From the human T2T-CHM13v2.0 reference genome, Homo sapiens, in NCBI RefSeq assembly GCF_009914755.1, contig NC_060933.1: 64,000 bases of DNA; one strand, written 5' to 3'. This document shows positions 56,818 to 64,000 of this stretch, one piece after another. The stretch's first letter is position 1. Every line of letters starts with the position of its first letter. The notes below the pieces were generated by a model. The model saw only the letters and a program-made list of their open reading frames with translations. It was not told where the DNA came from and made no database searches. The translations under genes and the position numbers were made by a program.

Positions 56818-58461
56818 TAACTGGAACATAGACTATAACAAGTTAAAAACATATATTGTAAGCCCTAAAGCAATCACTAAAATAATCAGTGTTATAGCTA
56901 ACAAGCCACAAAGGAGATTAAATGAAATGATGAAAAATATTTAGTTACTCCAAAAGAAGCCAGAAAAAGAAGAATAAATAACAGGACAAATAGAAGACAA
57001 ATAGCAAGATGATAGACTTAAGTCTAAACATATTGAAAATTCCACAAATGTAAATGGGCTAAACCCTGCAAATAAAATGTAGAGATTATCAAATTGGATA
57101 AGAAGCAGGACTCAACAAGAAATCAAAGGGAAATTAGAAACTATTTTTAACTGAGTGAAAATAAAAATGCAGCCTTACAAAATACACAACTGCCACTAAA
57201 TCAGAAGTTAGAATAAATATTATAGAATTTCACACCTATAATAGGAAAGAAGAAGGGTCTCAAATCTTCTCCCTTAAGCCTAGAAAAAGCAGAACAAATT
57301 AAACCCAAATAAATTAGAAAAAAGAAAATAATAAGTACCAATATGGTAATCAATGAAATAGAAAGCAGAAAAGTAATGAAGAAAATCCATAAAAAAACAC
57401 TAATTATTTGAAAAGATCTATAAAATCAATAAACCTTGTCAGGTTGACGAGAGAGAGACAAACAGAGAGACAAGCAGAGAGAGAATGACAAGATTAAGTC
57501 AGGGACACGAATTACTATTACTAAGAACAAAACAGGGTACATTACTACTAAGCTACTAAACTCATATTAAAATTATTGAAAGATACCTAGAAAGTAAGAA
57601 GGGAATATGATGAACAACTTTACGCTAAGAAATTTGACAACATGGGTAAAATGGACACATTTTTTAAAAGACACACTACCAAAGCTCATTCAAGAAAAGT
57701 AGGTAATCAGAATTGCCCTGTGTTTATTATAAAAAATTGAATTCATAGTTAAAGATCTTCTCACAGAAAAAACTCTAGATGGGTTAAGTAAATTCTATCA
57801 AAAATTTAAGGAAGAAATAATACCAATTCTACACAAATACCCAGAAGATAACATGACAGGGAACAATTCACAACTCATTTTATGAGTTCAGCATTACCTT
57901 GATACCAAAATCAAAGTAAGACATTATAAAAGAAGAAAACTACAGATTAATATTTCTCATGAATATAGATGCAAAAAATCAATAGTTTACCAAATAAAAT
58001 TCAATAATGTATAAAAGGAACAATATATCATGACCAAATGAGATTTAGCTTATGAATGTAGAATTTCAAATGGTTTAACATTTTAAAATCAAGAAATGTG
58101 ACTCACTATACTAGCAAACTAAAAATGAAAAACTATATAATCATCTCAATAAACATAGAAAAGTATTCTTGAACATTCCTGAACATGAATTGAACATTCA
58201 ATCCTGATTAGAAAAAGAAAACTCCCAGCAAAATTGAAACAGAAGTGAACGTTCTCAACCAGTTAAAGAGCATCTATGAAAAACCTACTAACACCATACT
58301 TAATGGGAAAGCCTGCACACTTTCCCTCTAACTTTTAGGACCATGACATAGATATCTTCTCTCACCTTTTTTTTTCAACAATGTACTGGAGGTTCTAATC
58401 AAAGCAATCAGGCAATGAAAATAAATACAAGGCATCTAGAGTGGTAATAAAGAAGCAAAAC

Positions 58462-58710
58462 TCTCACTTATAAGTGGGAACTGAACAGTGAGAACACATG
58501 GACACAGGGAGGCGAGTAAAACACACAGGGGACTGTCAGGGGAGGGTGGTAGAGAGAACATTAGGAAAAAGAGCTAATGCGTGCTGGGCTTAGTACCTAG
58601 GTGATGGGTTGACAGGTGCAGCAAACCACCATAGCATACATTTACCTATGTAACAAACCTGCACATCCTGCACATGTGCCCCAGAACTTAAAAAATAAAA
58701 TAATAAAAAA
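58462..58710 (+). mobile_element. Short L1PA 3'UTR insertion inside older L1 ORF2
   Basis: CTCACTTATAAGTGGGAACTGAAC...AACAAACCTGCACATCCTGCACATG plus A-tail; TSD-like AAGAAGCAAAACT / AAGCAGTAAAACT. Confidence 0.9.
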
Positions 58711-59824
58711 GAAAGCAGTAAAACTGTCTTTATTCACAGAGGAAATGACAGTCCATAAAATTATAAGGATTCTACAAAAAAAAATTACTAGAACTACTGA
58801 ATTTCACACAGCTGTAGGTATCTGAAAAATATAATTGATTATATGTTAGCAATAGGTAATCAGAAATGGAAATTTAGAAACAAAACAATTTGTAAAAGCA
58901 TCAACAAATACAAAATACTTGGAGATAAATCTAAAAAAATAATGGGCAAGTTCTGTACACTGAAACTATAAAACATTGCTAAAAGATATTAAAGACCTAA
59001 ATAATTATTTATTGGTTAAATTTAATATTAAGATATCAATCCTCTACAAATTGTTTTGTAACTTAAATGCAATTCTTGAGCAGGCAGAGCAAGATGGTAG
59101 AATAGAAGCCTACATTGTACACCCCCTTAGCTCCCCAACTGGAACACCAAATTTTAGCAACTCTCTGCACACAGCAAAGCACCGTCTCAAGAACAAACAA
59201 TCAGGTGAGCAATCACAGCACCTGGTTTTAACTTCATATTGTGGAAAGGGGCACTGAGGAGGGCAGGAGAGGCAGTCTTGAGTCACCAACACCATCCCTT
59301 CCCCATCCCCTGGCAGTGACCATGCTGCAAGGAGAGAGAATCTGTGCACTTTGGGGTGGAAGAGTGCAGTGACTGGGGGACTTTACATGGAACACAGTGC
59401 TGTTCTGTCACAGTGGAAAATAAAGCCGTGCTGGGCTCAGCCAGCTCCAGCACATAGAGGGAGCATTTGGACCAGCCCTAGCCAGATGTGGGTCACCCAT
59501 CCTTTCAATCAAAACTTGAGTTTCTTGGCAAGCCTCACCACTGCAAGCCAAAGTGCTCTGGGGTCCTAGGTAAACTTTAAAGGTAGTCTAGGACACAAGG
59601 ACTACAATTCCTGGGCAACTCCTAGTGGTAGGCTGGGCTTAGAGCCAGTGAACGAGGGTGGTACATGACCTAGGGAGATACCAGCTGATGGCTAAGCCAT
59701 CCCTCCCCCAACCCCAGGCAGCACAGCTCATAGCAAGGGAGAAAGTCATAGTCGTAGAAGGAAGACGTCACAGAAGGAAGACGGGATGTCTTCCTTCTGC
59801 TTAAGGAGAGGAGCATGAAGAATA

Positions 59825-60650
59825 AAGAGGACTTTGTCTTTTATCTTGGATACCAGCTCAGCCACAGTAAGACAGGACACCGGGCAGAGTCACAAGGCTC
59901 CCATTTCAGGCCTTAGCTCCTGGGTGATATTTCTAGACACACCTTGGGCCAAAAGGGAACCCACTGCCTTGAAGGGAAGGACCAAGTATTGGCAGAATTC
60001 ATCATCTGCTGACTAAAGAGCCTTGGGCCCTGAATAACCACCAGTAATAACCATGAAGTACACCTTGGACCTTGGGCTCTGAAACATGCTGGCTTCAGGG
60101 GAGACCCAGCACATTCCTAGCTACAGTGGCTATAGTGAAAGACTCCTGTTTGAGAAAAGCAGAGGTAAAAGTAAAGAAGACTTTGTCTTGCACCCTATGT
60201 ACCAGCTTGGCCACAGTAAGATAGAGCAGTAAGAAGGATCTTGAGGTCCCCAAGTCCAGGCCTAGGCTCTTGAACAGCATTTCTGGACCTGCCCTGGGCC
60301 AGAGGGGAGCCCACTGCCCTGAAGGGTGAGTCCCAGGCCTGGCAGCATTCACCAAAAGCTGACATAAGAGTCCTTGGGCTTTAAGCAAATATCAGTGGTG
60401 GCCTGGCAGAACTCACCTTAGATTACTGCTGGTGGTGGCCGCAGGGAAAGGCTTCTCTGTCTGTGGTAAGAGGAAAGGAGAGTGAAAATGACTTTGTATG
60501 GTGGTCTGAGTGTCAGCTTAGCCACAGTAGAATAGAACATCAGGTAAATTGCAAAGGTTTTTGACTCCAATCCCTTGTTCCCAGGCTGCATCTCTGGACA
60601 CACCTGGGGCCTGGGGGAACTCACCACACTGAAAGGAAGGGCCTTCGGCA
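59825..60650 (+). repeat. Three degenerate ~310-350-bp units in the L1 5'UTR
   Basis: GACTTTGT...CAGCT..GCCACAGTA...C(A/T)CTG..GAAGG recurs at ~59830, ~60179 and ~60490. Confidence 0.8.
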
Positions 60651-61487
60651 AGACCTAGTACTAGGCCGGCTTCAGGTCTGACCCAGCACGGTCCCAGTGG
60701 TGGTGGCAAGAGAAGTGCTTGCATCACCACACCCCCAGTTCCAGGTGGTTCAGCTCTGAGCGATAGAGACTCTGTATATTTGGGAGTAAGTAAGGAAAAA
60801 GAACAAGAGTCTTTGCCTAGTAATTCAGAGAATTTTTCAGGATCTTATCCAAGACCACCAAGGTGGTACTTCCATGAGTCTGCAAAAACCACACTATTAT
60901 TGGGCTTGGGGCCCAAGTCCCTTTGAATACCTGGAAAGCCTTCCCAAGAACAGACACAAACATGCCCAGACTGTGAAGATTAAAATCAATGCCAAACTCT
61001 TCAATGCCCAGACACCAAAGAATATCTATAAGCATTAACACCATCCAGAAAAACATGACCTCACCAAATGAACTTAGTAAGGCACCAGGGACCAATCAGG
61101 GAGAAACAGAGATATATGACCTTTCAGACACAGAATTCAAAATAGCTGTTTTGAGAAACTCAAAGAAGAAACTCAAAGAAATTCAGGATAACACAGAGAA
61201 GGAATTCAGAATTCTATCAGATAAATTTAACAAAGAGATTGAAATAATTAAAAAGAATCAAGCAGAAATTCTAGAGTTGAAAAATGCAATTGACATGCTG
61301 AATAATGCATCAGATTATCTTCATAGTAGAATTAATCGGAATTAGTGAGCTTGAAGACAGGATATTTAAAAATATGCAGTCAGAGGAGACAAAAGAAAAA
61401 AGAATAAAAAACAATGAAGCATGCCTACGGATCTAGATGACAGCCTCGAAAGCACAAATCTAAGAGTTTTTGACCTTAAAGAGGAGA

Positions 61488-61548
61488 TAAAGGTAGATGA
61501 TAGAGACAGAGATAAAGATAGAGATAGAGACAGAGATAGAGATAGATA
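61488..61548. repeat. (GAGATA)n-type microsatellite within L1 ORF1
   Basis: Directly visible. Confidence 0.9.
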
Positions 61549-64000
61549 CAGGGGTAAAACATTTATTTAAAGGGATAATATCAGAGAATTCCCAAACCTA
61601 GAGAAAAATATCAACACTGAAGTACAAGAAGGAAATAGAACACCAAGCAGATTTAACCCAAATAAGACTACTTCAAAGCATTCAATCTTCAAACTCCCAA
61701 AGGTCAAGGATAAATAAAAGGATCCTAAAAGCAGCAAGAGAAAAAAATAAATAACATAAAATGGAGCTCCAATACATCTGGCAGACTTTTCAGGGGAAAC
61801 ATTACAGGCCAGGAGAGAGTGGTATGACATATTTAGAGTGCTGAAGGGGAAAAATCTTTTAGTCTAAAATAGTATATCTGGCAAAAATATCCTTTCAGCA
61901 TGAAAGAGAAATAAAGACCTTCCCAGATAAACAAAAGCTGAGAGATTTCATCACCACCAAACCTGTCCTACAGAAATGCTAAAGGGAGTTCTTCAATCTG
62001 AAAGAAAAGGATGTTAATGAGCAAGAAGAAATCATCTAAAGGTACAAACCTCACTGGTAACAGCACACAGAAAAGCACAGATTACTATAACACTGTAATT
62101 GCAGTGTATAAACATCTCGACTTAAGTAGAAAGACTAAATTATGAACCAATAAAAAATAACCAAAACAAATTTTCAAGACATAGTACAATAAGGCATAAG
62201 GAGAAACAGCAAAAAGTTAAAAAGCAGGGGGATGAAGTGAAAGTGCAGTTTTTAATCAGTTTTATTTTTGCATGTTTGTTTATTTATGCAGTCAGTGTTG
62301 TCATCAGTTTAAAATAATGAGTTATAAAGTACTACTGGCAAGTCTCATGGTAACGTCAAATCAAAAAACATAAAACAGATACACAAAAAATAAACAGCAA
62401 GAAGTTAAAGCATACCACCAGAGAAAATTACCTTCATTAAAAGAATACAGGAAAGAAGGAAAGAAGGATAATAAGACTACAAAGCAACCAGAAAACAAGT
62501 AACCAAACGGCAGGAGTGAGTCCCTACTTATCAACAACAGTGATTGTAAATTGACCATACTCTCCAATCAAAAGACACAGAGTGGCTGAATGGTTGAAAA
62601 AACAAGATCCAATCATCTGTTTCCTACAAGAAACACACTTCATCTTTAAAGGTACATGTAGACTAAAAATAAAAGGATGGCAAAAGATATTCCATGCCAA
62701 TGGAAAACCCAAAAAAGAGCAGGAATAGCTATACTTATATCAGACAAAGTAGAGTTCAAGACAAAAATGGTAAGAACAGACAAAGAAGGTCATTATGTAA
62801 TGATACAGGGGTCAATTCAGCAAGAGGATATAATGATTGTAAATATAGATACACCCAACACTGGAACATTCAGATATATAAAACAAATATTATTAGAGCT
62901 AAAAAGAGAAATAGACCTCAATACAATAATAGCTGGAGACTTCAACATCTCGCTTTCAGCACTGGACAGATCTCCCAGACAGAAAATCAACAAATATTGG
63001 ACATAATCTGCACTATAGAACAAATAGATATTTACAGGATCTAATAGATATTTACAGAACATTTCACCCAACAGCTACAGAATATACATTTTTCTCTTCA
63101 GCACATGGATTATTCTCTAGGATAGAACATATGTTAGGTCACAGAACAAGTCTTAAAAGATTCGAAAAAATTGAAATAACACCAAGCATGTTCCCTGACC
63201 AGAATGGAATAAAACTAGTATGTCAACAACGAAAGGAATTTTGGAAACCATACAAACACATGGAAATTAAACAATGTGCTCCTGAATTACCAGTGGCTCG
63301 AGGAAGAAATTAAGAAGGAAATTGAAACCTTTCTTGAAATAAAAGATAATGGAAACACAACATACTAAAATCTATGGGCACAGTGAAAGCAGTACTAAGA
63401 GGGAAATTTATACCTATGTGCCTAGTTCAAAAAGAAGAAAAACTTTAAATAAATAGCATAATGATGCATCTTAAAGAACTAGAAAAGCAAGAGAAAACTG
63501 AACCCCAAATTAGTAGAAGAAAAAAATTATAAAGATCAGAGCAGAAATAAATGAATTTGAAAAGAAAAAATAAAAAATATTAATGGAAACAAAAAGTGGT
63601 TTTTTTTTGAAAAGATGAACAAATTTGACAAAGCTTTAGCCAGATTAACTAAGAAAAAAAGAGAGAAAGCTCAAATAAATAAAACAAGAGATGAAAAAGG
63701 AGACATTACAACTGATACTGCAGAAATTCAGAGGCTCATTAGAGGCTACTATGAGCCACTATATGAATTGGAAAATCTAGAAGAAATGGATAAATTCCTA
63801 GGCACATAAAACCTACCAAGACTGAACCATGAAGAAATACAAAACCTGAACACATCAATAACAAATAACAAGATTGAAGCCCTAATAAAAAGTCTCCCAG
63901 TAAAGTCAAGTCCATCATCTGATAGCTTCATGGCTGAATTCTGCCAAACATTTAAAGAACTAATACAGTCCTACTAAAACTGTTTCAAAAAATAAAGGAA

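Larger units (their letters stand above)
59078..64000 (+). mobile_element. L1 (L1PB/L1MA1-type): 5'UTR, ORF1 ~61000-62020, ORF2 from ~62530; runs off right edge; decayed
   Basis: GCAGAGCAAGATGG start; ORF1 peptide YDLSDTEFKIAVL...KNQAEILELKN; endonuclease AGIAILISDK...IIAGDFNISLSALDRS; frameshifts and stops. Confidence 0.96.

Noticed and set aside
60989-63931. L1 ORF1/ORF2 ORF fragments
   Set aside because: Multiple frameshifts and stops; neither active nor evidently domesticated.

Overview
This is AT-rich, repeat-dense primate genomic DNA, almost certainly human: it carries AluJ/S/Y elements, a Yb-lineage Alu and L1PA 3' ends. I could not name the locus. I see no recognisable conserved protein-coding exon, RNA gene, CpG island or CRISPR array, so it looks intergenic or deep-intronic. 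Roughly 60% is transposon-derived. That includes four decayed L1s that still keep their 5' ends (1-6395 minus; ~10105-14130, ~54300-59077 and 59078-64000 plus), several L1PA/L1PB 3' fragments and about 17 Alus or Alu monomers. It also includes a near-complete MLT1J MaLR provirus with nested insertions, solo LTRs, hAT/Tigger DNA transposons, MIRs and L2s. Nearly all long ORFs in the track are L1/Alu debris. The best leads are: (i) a TATA, 110-codon ORF and AATAAA unit at ~7958-8610, whose signal-peptide-like core is a (CTG)8 microsatellite; (ii) an RFX X-box, a strong exon with a Kozak smORF and paired ARE/AP-1 sites at 20.7-21.1 kb; (iii) an atypical Yb-lineage Alu with only 4 of 8 Yb8 diagnostics plus a Ya5 diagnostic, nested in an older Alu; (iv) several L1 insertions without TSDs that removed host sequence. 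Subfamily names come from recalled consensus sequences and need RepeatMasker/Dfam confirmation. Boundaries of old repeats are approximate, and all transcript models are unverified inference.
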